Below, piece after piece: positions 1 through 9,976 of a DNA stretch of 64,000 nt. Each line of letters opens with the position of its first letter. Positions within the stretch are counted from its first letter, which is position 1. Location: positions 1 through 64,000 of IMG/VR virus record IMGVR_UViG_3300033486_000001; one strand, given 5' to 3'. Source of the stretch: a virus (Duplodnaviria; Caudoviricetes). Below the pieces are notes generated by a model. The model was not told the DNA's origin. It saw only the letters and a program-made list of their open reading frames with translations, and did no database searches. The translations under genes were made by a program, and so were the position numbers.

Positions 1-600
1 TCTGACCTGGTCGTCCAGATTGGAACTTCAGTAGCCGACGGTTCCGTCAACTCAAGCGCCAAGTTGCTTTCATTGAGAACTGGCATCGGCGGGACTCCGG
101 TAGAGAAGTTGTTCGTTCTGAAGTCCGGCTCTCTCACGAGCGCTTCAAGTTTGGCCATGCTTTCCGACCCGAGTGCGCCTGTAAGTTCTTCGGGCGGGAT
201 TGCCTGGCGCTCGAACGCGGGGGTGGCTGAGTTGAGTTCTAATGGTGGGTCTTACACCTCTTTGAATTCGATGCTGACAATCGATACACCGACCCAAATC
301 ACTTCGACTTCGAACCACATTGCAGTCAGTCTGACATCTGGTAGACACTTCTACCACACAATGACTGAGAATACAACGCTTGATGCTCCTTCCGGTGTAG
401 CGGCAGGGATGAAGGGTTGCATCGATTTCTATCAACATGCTTCGTCTGCAAAGACCCTGGCGTTCAACGCCTTCTGGAAATTTGGCGGCGGAGCTATACC
501 TGCTTTGTCTACCACCGCTGGCACCAAGCATTTGCTCGTGTGGTACGTGGGCCACGATACGTCCTATGCCACATGTAAGTTGATTGGGATGATTGCCTAA
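1..600 (+). CDS. Virion/tail structural protein, 5'-partial
   Basis: Frame is open from base 1 (SDLVVQIGTSVADG...) to TAA 600; Ser/Gly/Thr-rich beta-type composition; first gene of the tail block. Confidence 0.6.
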   Translation, partial: SDLVVQIGTSVADGSVNSSAKLLSLRTGIGGTPVEKLFVLKSGSLTSASSLAMLSDPSAPVSSSGGIAWRSNAGVAELSSNGGSYTSLNSMLTIDTPTQITSTSNHIAVSLTSGRHFYHTMTENTTLDAPSGVAAGMKGCIDFYQHASSAKTLAFNAFWKFGGGAIPALSTTAGTKHLLVWYVGHDTSYATCKLIGMIA

Positions 601-601
601 T

Positions 602-1267
602 ATGGACTCGACCAATGACATGTTGTTGGATGACGGACTTGAGGGATGGACCTCAATGACCCTGTCTGCCGATGCTGGAACTCACAACCGAATCTTCACC
701 TACCAATACGGCGATGTTACCTACAACGCAACGACAGGCGCCTTGGACTTCTCGGTTGTAATCACTGATGGGGTTGGCGCCTTTGCGCAAACAAATCCAA
801 ACCTCAAGACGCCAGCCGGAGACTTCGACATTCGATTTGACTACAACATCACCCACTTCACGGTTCCGACTTTGGCGGGTGCGTACACCCAACTTAGCAC
901 TAGGATTTATGACGCTGCGCTAGGCGGATTCACCCAGTCGATTGCTATGGTCATGCGCGAACGGTACGAGTCGCCGCAACGCTCATTCCGAGCCTACACA
1001 ACCGATTCGTCGGAAGGTGGCGCCACATACGTCGCTCGTCCTTCTGACTGCTTGGTGTCGAGCAAAATCCGCTACATCCGGAAAGGCACCATAATTACGG
1101 TGTATTACCTCACGGGTGGTGTCTGGACTTCGCTCTTGAGCAAGAATCCATGCAACACCACACCTTGGACCATCAACTTGAGTGCCGGTATGTCCACGGC
1201 GGTTGATACGTCGACGTCGAGTTTAAGTAATATGATTGTAGTACAGAAAGCGGCAGACGCGCCATGA
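602..1267 (+). CDS. Tail-associated protein, possible ConA/laminin-G-like beta-sandwich
   Basis: ATG 1 nt after the upstream stop; beta-rich pattern GDFDIRFDY...KIRYIRKGTIITVYY; lies among structural genes. Confidence 0.5.
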   Translation: MDSTNDMLLDDGLEGWTSMTLSADAGTHNRIFTYQYGDVTYNATTGALDFSVVITDGVGAFAQTNPNLKTPAGDFDIRFDYNITHFTVPTLAGAYTQLSTRIYDAALGGFTQSIAMVMRERYESPQRSFRAYTTDSSEGGATYVARPSDCLVSSKIRYIRKGTIITVYYLTGGVWTSLLSKNPCNTTPWTINLSAGMSTAVDTSTSSLSNMIVVQKAADAP

Positions 1268-1419
1268 TTCCAAATAAGACATACATAATCACAACCAATG
1301 TCTCCGTTGTCACAGCCACCCTCATCAAATACACGCCAGGTGGTTGGTACGACATGCAATCCAATGGCGACCCGGTTTGCTTCAGCCCAGACACTATCAT
1401 CTCGTTCAAGGAAGTTTAA
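1264..1419 (+). CDS. 51-aa hypothetical protein (not in the ORF track)
   Basis: Read by hand: MIPNKTYIITTNVSVV...SFKEV*; ATGA overlap with the upstream stop; its TAA abuts ATG 1420. Confidence 0.6.
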   Translation: MIPNKTYIITTNVSVVTATLIKYTPGGWYDMQSNGDPVCFSPDTIISFKEV

Positions 1420-1941
1420 ATGGATACAATCGCATTTCTTCAAGCCCAAATCGCACAAGCCACAAGCAGGGCCGACCTTCGTCAGAAGGTGGCAGACGTT
1501 GTCAACGCGTTAAATGCATTCCTTGCAGCCCTGGACGCCCAACTTGACCAAGCGCCCGAATTGTTCGCGGCTCAAAACCCGAACTATTTTGAGTTCGTTG
1601 AAGCTCTTCCGATTCCGAGTCTTGACACTCTCGTCGACACTTTAACCGCACCACCCGGCAATCTAACATACGCTAGCAATCCGGCCATCTATATTTTAGG
1701 GACGGACATCCTAGTTAATACTCCGACGAGTACCGGCGGGGCGGTAGTGTCATATTCCGTCGCCCCTGAGTTGCCGGCGGGGTTGACCTTCAACACCGCC
1801 ACAGGTGCCACCTCTGGGATCCCGACCGTTGTCTCTGCTGCGACCGATTACACCGTCACTGCCGTCAACTCCGGAGGCAGCGCAAGCGTTAACCTGAACA
1901 TTACCGTTAATGACGCGCCCCCCTCGGGCGGCGGGGCTTAA
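1420..1941 (+). CDS. Virion protein with a C-terminal putative Ig (He_PIG-like) domain
   Basis: SYSVAPELPAGLTFNTATGATSGIPT...YTVTAVNSGGS matches the putative-Ig repeat pattern. Confidence 0.7.
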   Translation: MDTIAFLQAQIAQATSRADLRQKVADVVNALNAFLAALDAQLDQAPELFAAQNPNYFEFVEALPIPSLDTLVDTLTAPPGNLTYASNPAIYILGTDILVNTPTSTGGAVVSYSVAPELPAGLTFNTATGATSGIPTVVSAATDYTVTAVNSGGSASVNLNITVNDAPPSGGGA

Positions 1942-1956
1942 TAGAGCGAGAATACA

Positions 1957-3015
1957 TTGTACTCTTTTTACCTATACGACTCATCAGGGAATCCGGTAGC
2001 GGGCGCTTCGCCCACCTTCACGACTTACCGCTCATTAGCTGGGGTTGAAATTGCCCCACGCCCTATCATCGTCAACCTGGCGAGCAACATCTACAGCTTC
2101 ACGCCCTCTCCGTCCGACGAGACCACTGGCGTGGCGTTCATGACTTTTGCCTCCACAGCCACGCCGCAGTATTACGCCGGGTCGGTCGGAGACTTGGCCG
2201 CCTTTGGCGTTTGGGATGATTCAACTCTCGCCCCGAAAACCGGGGCGTCGCCCGTGATAGACGTCTATGTCGGCGCAGACGGGACGTTGTACGGAGCCCC
2301 GGCGATTACCGAAATCGGACTCGGACTCTACGGGTGGCTGCCAAGTGTCGCGGATCGCGCCAACGACGTCCAATTCCGAGGTCGTACGGTTACGGCAGGG
2401 TCCATCCCAGTCAATTTTGAGGGTTTCGTGACAACCCCCACCGGTGGTGGCGGTGGCGTCGGTCCGACTTTGCTGTCGCTCACCCCGTACGCAGATCGCC
2501 TGGAACTGCTCTTTGATTCGATTGTCGCTCTCACTCCCCCAGCGACACTACCATCGCAGTGGACGGTGTCCTCTACCACACCTGGAGCGACAACCCCAAC
2601 AGTGACCTCTATTTCAGCTATCGGGGCCACAGTGACACTGTATATCGCAGAATGCACCAACGCCATCACCTACTTCCTACACTTACCGGCTACGGGTATC
2701 GAGAACGCACTAGGCGCCCCATTCTCTGGGCCTTGGTTTCAACCGTTCGTTGGTGTCGGGGTGGCCCCTTTCGTAGCACTGGCTTCGGCTAATGACGCGC
2801 TACACGCCAAGGTGATTTTCTCTGAACAGGTCGTGGAGGCGGAGGCTCTGGTGGCATCCAACTACATCGTTACCGGTGGAGCCGGGCTTACGGTCTACGC
2901 GATCGCGAAAGAAACTAGTCGAACATACATACTAACCACCTCCTTGCAAGTGGCTGGTCAGCTGTATACGGTTACGGTATCCAACATACACGATCTGTTC
3001 GGCAACCTGATTTAG
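1957..3015 (+). CDS. Virion structural protein (duplicated N-terminal module plus Ig-like C-terminal domains)
   Basis: Two similar modules (YDSSGNPVAGASPTF / WDDSTLAPKTGASPV), a Gly linker, and an Ig-like ending YTVTVSNIHDLFGN. Confidence 0.6.
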   Translation: MYSFYLYDSSGNPVAGASPTFTTYRSLAGVEIAPRPIIVNLASNIYSFTPSPSDETTGVAFMTFASTATPQYYAGSVGDLAAFGVWDDSTLAPKTGASPVIDVYVGADGTLYGAPAITEIGLGLYGWLPSVADRANDVQFRGRTVTAGSIPVNFEGFVTTPTGGGGGVGPTLLSLTPYADRLELLFDSIVALTPPATLPSQWTVSSTTPGATTPTVTSISAIGATVTLYIAECTNAITYFLHLPATGIENALGAPFSGPWFQPFVGVGVAPFVALASANDALHAKVIFSEQVVEAEALVASNYIVTGGAGLTVYAIAKETSRTYILTTSLQVAGQLYTVTVSNIHDLFGNLI

Positions 3016-3029
3016 CACCAGACCCGCCC

Positions 3030-3035
3030 AATCTT
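3030..3035 (+). promoter_or_regulatory. Candidate phage late promoter AATCTT, 6 nt upstream of ATG 3042
   Basis: Same motif and spacing at 56140, 58327 and 33321-33326 (-, AATCTA); also present at 6990. Confidence 0.6.
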
Positions 3036-3041
3036 TAGCGT

Positions 3042-6000
3042 ATGTCATCCTCTGCGGTCTTTATCGGGACTGGATTCTACGTCACTGGCGCTCAAGTCCG
3101 CGCCGGCAACGTCATTCGCGTTACATTCAGTTCTGCGCCGAAACTCGTCGACCCCACCGCGCTCAATGACGCGCTAAACCGTCTGAATTACACCTTGTCG
3201 GGCCCGGGTCCCGGCTCGTTTGCCGCTGGCCGTATTGTAGTGGGCGATACCTTAAGTGTAGACTTAGAATTGTCCGCATCGTTGGTGGTAGGCCCTTGGG
3301 TCGTTACCGTCAGCGGGGTGGTGTCGTCCACACTTAGCCCGCTCACAGCGCCTACGGCGGCCAATTTTACAGTGCTAGTCGGCGGTAATCGTACCTCACT
3401 GGCCAATGGAGCCCGAAACGACTCAGCCGCACAAATCATTCGCAAGCATCTCAATTCGGCGCTCAGAGGCCCTAATTGGGATTCCGTCATCGCCGCACTG
3501 GCGACTGGCGACGACGCGAACTGGAACAACGCACAGGCGGGCATACAGCAATTATTTCTGGCTTCGGCCACAGGCCAATACCTCGCTAAAAGAGCCTCCG
3601 ACCAAGGCGTGGTGAAGCCACACGACGTCGGAATGGCTGACGAAATCTTCCGCCGACTGGCCATCAAAACCGCCAATGGCGCGTTGCTGCACACAGCCAT
3701 CAAAGACATCCTTGAAGTGTATTACGGTGCTGATAGCTCTAGAGCGTACGCAGAATGCTCGTGCGACGAGCCGTACAATCTCAATTCTCCGGGCGAGTTG
3801 CACTGGACGTTAGACGGCAAGCAGTCTTTCGCCTATGACTTCCCAGAAGTCGACTTCGGATCTCCGCCGGCGGCTCGTGCCGCTGAAGTCGCCTTCGCCT
3901 TGACGCAACACATGCGCCGATTGCGCTCGAGCGGCTTTGCGCTACCCTACCATTCTCCCGACACTGGGCTGAATCGTGTACGCATTTACAGCGGTGCGCT
4001 TGGATTGGGCTCTTCGGTTCAAATCACAGGTGGGCTTGCACAGAACGTATTTCAGTTTCCAACTCTACTTCCGGTCTATTCCGGTAGCGCGGCGGGATAT
4101 AGTTGGGTTTACTCCGCCCCAAACACTAGCACCACTCGCATCTCCTTGACTCTTGACACCTCCATCGTTACGCCGGCGGTAGATGTAGCTGGAGTCCGAG
4201 ACGGTGACTACGTCGCCATAACACCGTCGGCAGGATCCGGCTTGTCCGAGACATACGCCATCAAAAATGTGCGTACGAGTTGGAGCGGGGCACTTTTTAC
4301 CCAAAGCTTTGACATCGACCGCGTCGGCTTCGCGGGCACGGCAGTTCAGCTAGACAACGCCGCCTACACCTTTTACCGAGCGGAAACTAGACGCTTGAGT
4401 GGGCCTCGGTCGGTCTCTGTCGCGCAGACTGCCCCGAATCAGCTCGACGTCATTCTTCCGGCCACAGCACAAGTAGTTGGACGCGACCCGCGGACCGGAG
4501 CTTACCTGCACGCCGCCACCCCACTGGCAATTGCTTCTGTCAAGCGCTTGGCGAGCGGGCGCACGACCATCACAACCACATTGACTCACGGCTTAGGGGC
4601 GGGCGACATCGGACGACACGTCATTCTGGACTCCATCAGTACCTCGAACGCCCTACCGTACGTTTCTCCTGGGAACAGCGCTGTGACACCAGCGGCGTGG
4701 ACGTACAACGCCACACACTTGGGTTTTATCGCTGCCGCCCAGACACCCCCGGCACTTGCCACTCAGTATGGCACCGCCACAACGATCGGAGACAGCGTCA
4801 TTTTTGCTGGTGGCTACAGTTCCGCCGTCACCGGAATCACCAACCACTACACAGCCGTAACTCCGACTATAGTCGCGGAAGGCTCGGAAGCCGACGGTGC
4901 TAGTCGACATTCCCATACGTGGACCGCCGCCAGCCTGACGACAGCGCGTAATTTTCACGCAGCCAGCGAGTACGGAGGAGATCTCCTAGCCACAGGAGGT
5001 CTCGACGGAGGCGGGGCGCCTCTAGCTTCAGCCGAGTTGTATGACACCGCTGCGCACACTTGGAGTTCGGCCGGTTCAATGTCGTTGGCGCGAAGCGGTC
5101 ATCAACAAGTCATGCTTGACGATGGACAAGTGCTATCGATGGGAGGCTCTTCAGCATCACTAACCCCAACGAACACCACAGAAATATACAACGGCACATG
5201 GTCGGCGTCCACCTCTATGATCCACGCGCGCGCAGACTTCCAAGCCGTCAAGCTAAGCGACGGGCGAGTGTTGGCAATCGGCGGCGGCGTGGGCGGAATG
5301 GTATTGGGAGTGTGGACATACCAATCGTCCGATCATACATGTGAAATTTTTGATGGCGTGAGCTGGCAGTCTACCGGATCAATGGCCATGGCTCGAGGTT
5401 GGAGTCAGGCTGTACTTCTGCCGGACGACTACGTCTTGGTCGTGGGCGGCCTCGGCTACCCACCATCACAACCCACAGGTGGGATGGCTAGTCTAGCTAC
5501 GGCGGAAATGTGGAGTCCGGTTACCGGACGCTGGAGCCGCATCGCTAGCCCGTCCATCCGTCGACACTCGCACCTGGCCAAGGCGGTAGGCGACAAGGTC
5601 ATCGTATTAGGAGGGGAATCCTTCGCCGGAGATGACGCTACCGTCGTTGAGTGTTTTGATATAGCCACCAGGACTTGGAGTAGATTGCCGTACAAAATCA
5701 CCAGTTCTGGCTCGCCCTGTTTCGGCGATGTGACCCCATACGGAGAATTGGTATTCTCTGGCGGGAGCGCCACGACCTTTGAGGCGTTCATCGATGGTCA
5801 GGATCGACTAGGCGGTACAGGACTGAGAGATCAGTTCGCTATAACAGCCGTCCCGACGACCACTTCGTTCGAAGTCCAAACAATTACGTCGTCCGGCGCC
5901 ATGCAATACGCCACGTCGTACAGTGTGACTACTCAAACGGGTACCGTCTCTACAGTGAAGGCCGAAGACGGCGCCGTCAACGCCCCAGGCCCCTACACCC

Positions 6001-6551
6001 TAGACCCTTTTCAGGGGATCGCGACGACCGCCACGAGGGCAATAGCCACCACAACTATGTCGGCGGGTCAGCAATACAAGGAACTGACCTTAGATGCCAG
6101 CGGCGCGTCATTTTCTTTGTCTGGGTATATTGCACTCGGCTTCGGGACAAGCCAGCAAAGCAAACCAATCCGATTCCTGGATTGCTACCAGAGCGGACCG
6201 ACCGAATACAAACTCGTGCTCGACTATGCATATCGACTCGAGTTTGACTACGCGGCGGGTGCACAGGTCATTCTTTTGAGTCAGCAAGCACCGTTCGACC
6301 CCGAACACGGAGAGACTCTGGGTCTCTTCTATCTAACCGCCTCTTCTGCCGGTCGAGTCGCCGCGCAACAGGCGGTGTTGGACGCTGTCGCATCAGGAGT
6401 CGACGCCAACATCCAAATCGTTTACCCAGGCGATACTGGGCTAGGCGGGGCTGGGTTGCCCACATATGGCGCTCAAAAACTATCCGACATAGCTAGCGTG
6501 TTTGCCGGAGATGAAGTGGACTCCGAAGTCCAGACAAGGCGGAACAGCTAA
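3042..6551 (+). CDS. Baseplate wedge-like protein with an internal Kelch beta-propeller
   Basis: ASATGQYLAKRA...DEIFRRLAI...AIKDILEVYYG resembles baseplate wedge domains; 6-7 Kelch repeats (ARxxH...LLATGG...AELYD...W) at ~4760-5790. Confidence 0.65.
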   Translation: MSSSAVFIGTGFYVTGAQVRAGNVIRVTFSSAPKLVDPTALNDALNRLNYTLSGPGPGSFAAGRIVVGDTLSVDLELSASLVVGPWVVTVSGVVSSTLSPLTAPTAANFTVLVGGNRTSLANGARNDSAAQIIRKHLNSALRGPNWDSVIAALATGDDANWNNAQAGIQQLFLASATGQYLAKRASDQGVVKPHDVGMADEIFRRLAIKTANGALLHTAIKDILEVYYGADSSRAYAECSCDEPYNLNSPGELHWTLDGKQSFAYDFPEVDFGSPPAARAAEVAFALTQHMRRLRSSGFALPYHSPDTGLNRVRIYSGALGLGSSVQITGGLAQNVFQFPTLLPVYSGSAAGYSWVYSAPNTSTTRISLTLDTSIVTPAVDVAGVRDGDYVAITPSAGSGLSETYAIKNVRTSWSGALFTQSFDIDRVGFAGTAVQLDNAAYTFYRAETRRLSGPRSVSVAQTAPNQLDVILPATAQVVGRDPRTGAYLHAATPLAIASVKRLASGRTTITTTLTHGLGAGDIGRHVILDSISTSNALPYVSPGNSAVTPAAWTYNATHLGFIAAAQTPPALATQYGTATTIGDSVIFAGGYSSAVTGITNHYTAVTPTIVAEGSEADGASRHSHTWTAASLTTARNFHAASEYGGDLLATGGLDGGGAPLASAELYDTAAHTWSSAGSMSLARSGHQQVMLDDGQVLSMGGSSASLTPTNTTEIYNGTWSASTSMIHARADFQAVKLSDGRVLAIGGGVGGMVLGVWTYQSSDHTCEIFDGVSWQSTGSMAMARGWSQAVLLPDDYVLVVGGLGYPPSQPTGGMASLATAEMWSPVTGRWSRIASPSIRRHSHLAKAVGDKVIVLGGESFAGDDATVVECFDIATRTWSRLPYKITSSGSPCFGDVTPYGELVFSGGSATTFEAFIDGQDRLGGTGLRDQFAITAVPTTTSFEVQTITSSGAMQYATSYSVTTQTGTVSTVKAEDGAVNAPGPYTLDPFQGIATTATRAIATTTMSAGQQYKELTLDASGASFSLSGYIALGFGTSQQSKPIRFLDCYQSGPTEYKLVLDYAYRLEFDYAAGAQVILLSQQAPFDPEHGETLGLFYLTASSAGRVAAQQAVLDAVASGVDANIQIVYPGDTGLGGAGLPTYGAQKLSDIASVFAGDEVDSEVQTRRNS

Positions 6552-6986
6552 ATGTCTCAACTGACGCTTGTAGGCGCTCGTGTAATTTGCAAAATCAACT
6601 CCTTGGCGTATGCCCAAGTCACGGGATTCGCTTGGCACGCCATCACCCCTAAACACGAAATTTACGGTATCGACTCGGCAGAGCCGTACGAGCTAGCTTC
6701 TACTACTTCAAAAATCACCGGGATCATGAAGCTGCTACGCATGTCGGCTGATGGCGGAGCTGAGGGTGCTGGCATGGCGGTCGGAATTGACGACATCTCC
6801 CGGGAACGATACTTTAGCGTACAACTGATAGACTTAGCTACCGCGGCTATTTTATTTCAAGCGGACCGATGTAGCGTGACGGAGCAGTCATGGGACGTCC
6901 CCACGCGCGGTAAAGTCACCGGAATTTTACAGTTCAGTGCATTCCGATGGAACAACGAAGTTAGGACGCTCGGGACTGCTTCGTAG
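6552..6986 (+). CDS. Tail tube-like / tube-initiator protein
   Basis: 144 aa, beta-rich, HEIYGIDSAEPYEL pattern; sits between the baseplate and fibre genes. Confidence 0.45.
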   Translation: MSQLTLVGARVICKINSLAYAQVTGFAWHAITPKHEIYGIDSAEPYELASTTSKITGIMKLLRMSADGGAEGAGMAVGIDDISRERYFSVQLIDLATAAILFQADRCSVTEQSWDVPTRGKVTGILQFSAFRWNNEVRTLGTAS

Positions 6987-6989
6987 CCC

Positions 6990-6995
6990 AATCTT
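6990..6995 (+). promoter_or_regulatory. Candidate late promoter AATCTT upstream of the tail fibre gene (leader with SD CAGGAG)
   Basis: Motif lies in the 38-bp gap before ATG 7025. Confidence 0.5.
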
Positions 6996-7024
6996 GTTGG
7001 TAACTACCCCCTCAGGAGCCTCTA

Positions 7025-9661
7025 ATGGCCGTCTTACGACAAGCGAATCTACTCGGTGACCAACGAATTGACGTCCCCCACCTACGCGCCATTGAGTCGG
7101 CGACCGCGGCGGACTTCGACGTAGTGGCCGGACGAGTCCAGGCCGGAGGTAAAGCTCTTGTCATTCGCGGGTTTGCGCTAAGCAACTACGCTGCTGGTAT
7201 CGCAACGTCCAGTATTCAACTCAATACCGCCGATGGGGTGTTGTACAATCAGAATGCCACCGAGGCTGGTACGTTTTTGTGGGTTCCATTAGACCGTCCC
7301 GTAGAGGTTCTTGACTCAGCTCTCAACGCACGAGTGGACGGATCGTTCGTGGCCGGAACCGTCAATTACATTGGCGTCGACCTGACCCGCCAGACTGACG
7401 CGACCACGACAGATCATGTCAAGTTCCTTGACGCCAACACACTGCTCGAGCAAGGGTATGAAGTCCCCCTGGCTCGGACGCTGGATTACCGCATCGTCAT
7501 CACATCTACACCGTTCAGCGCGCTTCCCCACCTAACCCCAATTGCCAAAGTCACTTCTGACGCAAACAACCAAGTTGTCGCCGTCGAAGACGCCAGAAAC
7601 ATCATGTGGCGACTCGGCAGCGGCGGAGACTTCCCGAACTCCACCAACGGCTACGCTTGGCCGCAGGACCGAGTAGAAGTCGCCGGAGCTTTCACTGGTG
7701 GCGACAAGGGGATTTTGTCGCAAAAGGACTGGCAAGATGCGGTCATGTCGCGCGTGTGGGAACTCGGTGGCGGTGAGAATTGGTACTCGCCTACGGCAGA
7801 TCGCAATTTTAAGTTGGTGGGTAGCCCCACCGCGATTTTCATTTCTACTGGAGATAACTTCGAGTGGCTGACGGGGTTGTATGGCGTAAGCCATTTGCAC
7901 TGGCAAGGCCTCAGGTTTTTGTTCGAAAACTCCAATACACCCGGCATCTATTACAACACCATCACCGACCAACTAGTCGATGATCCAGCTGGATCCGCAG
8001 CTACATCCAAAACCGCGCTAGCTCCTGGCGAGTGTCTGTATGTCGACCTTGACCGTACAACCAATGCCACGCTGACTGCACAAAAAGCGACCATGCAAAA
8101 CTTGGGCGAACCAGTCGTTCCTGGCTCGCGCGTCATCATTGTTTGGCGTAACGCTGACGGGTGGTTCCGTCGTGATGGCAACTTTGCGGCACACGTACTG
8201 CCACCGCCGAGCGCCGCCACAATCACCGACATTGGTACTGTTCGTCTAGCTTACGCAGCTGGCACCCCTACCACTCCCACTGTACCACCCCTAAACGCCA
8301 ATAATGCGATCCGAATCGGCGAAGGGAGCTACCCGGTAACGGCGGGGGCTACTGCCCTCTACGGGTACTCCGCTTCAGGGCGCGGTGTTTTGGGCGAGAG
8401 TGTCACTGGGTATGGAGTAGAAGGCCTATCTCCGAGTTTCTGGGGCGCACATTTTCAGGGTGCTTCTGGAGCAACCATCACCGGTACCAACGGCGTAGGT
8501 GTAGAGGCGGTCGGCGGGGCAGGCGAGCCTGGCGCTAGAGGGACTGGGGTCACGGGGCTATTCGGCGTTGGCATAGCATGGACTGGCGGGGGGTTGTTTG
8601 GAGCTGGAGTGAGCGGCGCTAGCGACACACTCGTAGGCGTCCGAGGCGTCAGCAGGGACACCTACGGAGTGCATGGGACCGGAAGCACGGGCGGAGTGTA
8701 CGGCACTAGCGCCGCCTACGGTATTGAGGGGGTTTCAGCCAATACAGCGGTGTATGGACACGGTGGGACGATCGGGTGTTACGGCAGCGGCACCTCTTAC
8801 GGCGTCGAAGGTTCGAGTTCGAATGCGAGCGGCGTTGGGGTGCGTGGCGTTAGTTCGAATGCGAGCGGCTTTGGGGTGCGTGGCGTTAACTCTTCGACGG
8901 CGACTACCGGTTCGATATGGGGTATTTGGGGCGAGGCGATTGCTGGCGCCGGAACATCTCTAGGATATGGCGTAGGGGGAAACGGGAGGACGTGTGGAGT
9001 TTACGGTACCTCACCTGACGGCGACGGAGTTCGAGGGCAGGGTACTGGAGACACAAGCGGCGGTGTTGTTGGGTGGCACTCCAGTGACGCCGGCTTCACC
9101 CCTGAAGCCGCAGGGGTCCAGGGGTACGGTGGAGGCTCATATCTAGGTGGGTTTTTTCAGGGCGCGATAGGTGGAGTTAAGGCCGTCTGCCTCGGCGGCG
9201 GATATGCTGTAGTGACCTCCAGTGGCGGAGCAAACGCCATCAACTGTGACGGGCATATAGCAATGTCTGGCGCCAACACAGGGACTTCGACGGCAATTAC
9301 GAATAAGGTGGTCCCCGACAACCAAGTCAAGGCGTACGGTTTAGTCGGTATAGATGCTCCTGGAGTAGTAACGGTTACAGGAGGATTCAATGTGGGCGCG
9401 ATTTCTCCTCTTCCCACTCCGGCCGGTCGCTGTCAGGTCGATTTGCTCGGGAATATGGCGGATGAACTTTCCGTCATATCTGTCCAGTGGTCGTCCTTGG
9501 ACTCGTGGGTTACACCCCCCACCATCTACGGTCGAGTTACCGCCGGCAGTTCTGGAGCCACTCTCGACATATTCGCCCGCGACCAGGCGACAGGCAACCT
9601 AATCGACTGGCACGATGGAGTTGCCAGGAGTTTCACCTTCACAGTCCACGGTCGACAGTAA
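7025..9661 (+). CDS. Tail fibre / receptor-binding protein with Gly-rich repeats
   Basis: N-terminal anchor-type domain followed by many GVxGxS/GVYG repeats and a small C-terminal domain. Confidence 0.7.
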   Translation: MAVLRQANLLGDQRIDVPHLRAIESATAADFDVVAGRVQAGGKALVIRGFALSNYAAGIATSSIQLNTADGVLYNQNATEAGTFLWVPLDRPVEVLDSALNARVDGSFVAGTVNYIGVDLTRQTDATTTDHVKFLDANTLLEQGYEVPLARTLDYRIVITSTPFSALPHLTPIAKVTSDANNQVVAVEDARNIMWRLGSGGDFPNSTNGYAWPQDRVEVAGAFTGGDKGILSQKDWQDAVMSRVWELGGGENWYSPTADRNFKLVGSPTAIFISTGDNFEWLTGLYGVSHLHWQGLRFLFENSNTPGIYYNTITDQLVDDPAGSAATSKTALAPGECLYVDLDRTTNATLTAQKATMQNLGEPVVPGSRVIIVWRNADGWFRRDGNFAAHVLPPPSAATITDIGTVRLAYAAGTPTTPTVPPLNANNAIRIGEGSYPVTAGATALYGYSASGRGVLGESVTGYGVEGLSPSFWGAHFQGASGATITGTNGVGVEAVGGAGEPGARGTGVTGLFGVGIAWTGGGLFGAGVSGASDTLVGVRGVSRDTYGVHGTGSTGGVYGTSAAYGIEGVSANTAVYGHGGTIGCYGSGTSYGVEGSSSNASGVGVRGVSSNASGFGVRGVNSSTATTGSIWGIWGEAIAGAGTSLGYGVGGNGRTCGVYGTSPDGDGVRGQGTGDTSGGVVGWHSSDAGFTPEAAGVQGYGGGSYLGGFFQGAIGGVKAVCLGGGYAVVTSSGGANAINCDGHIAMSGANTGTSTAITNKVVPDNQVKAYGLVGIDAPGVVTVTGGFNVGAISPLPTPAGRCQVDLLGNMADELSVISVQWSSLDSWVTPPTIYGRVTAGSSGATLDIFARDQATGNLIDWHDGVARSFTFTVHGRQ
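8816..8887 (+). repeat. 36-bp tandem duplication in the tail fibre gene
   Basis: AGTTCGAATGCGAGCGGC(G/T)TTGGGGTGCGTGGCGTT x2 with 1 mismatch, encoding SSNASG(V/F)GVRGV. Confidence 0.95.
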
Positions 9662-9709
9662 CCCAGTCTTAACACTTAATATACACGAAGAATCCAGTAG
9701 GAGTATCAA

Positions 9710-9976
9710 GTGGAAATCATTGCCCCCATCGCCAGTGCACTAAGTCAAGGGTCTGCTGGGGTGGCTGCATTGGCCATTGCCGGAATGGTGTGGCTGTTCA
9801 TAGTCAATCAACGTCTCGCTGCAGCTCAAAAAGTCGAAGTTGCTACACTCAACGAGAGAGTGGCCTCCATCCTCGAGAAGGTGATACCGTTGACTACGCT
9901 GGTTCCTCCGTCAATCGAAAAAGTTCGCGATGCAGCCGAGCGGCTTGAGCGCTGCATCATCGAGGCACGCAAGTAG
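9710..9976 (+). CDS. Holin-like small membrane protein
   Basis: SD TAGGAG plus GTG start; one hydrophobic segment (GVAALAIAGMVWLFIV); basic C-terminus; upstream of the endolysin. Confidence 0.5.
   Translation: MEIIAPIASALSQGSAGVAALAIAGMVWLFIVNQRLAAAQKVEVATLNERVASILEKVIPLTTLVPPSIEKVRDAAERLERCIIEARK

Noticed and set aside
7025-9661. Diversity-generating retroelement acting on the tail fibre
   Set aside because: No reverse transcriptase in the window and no template/variable repeat pair with adenine-specific mismatches seen
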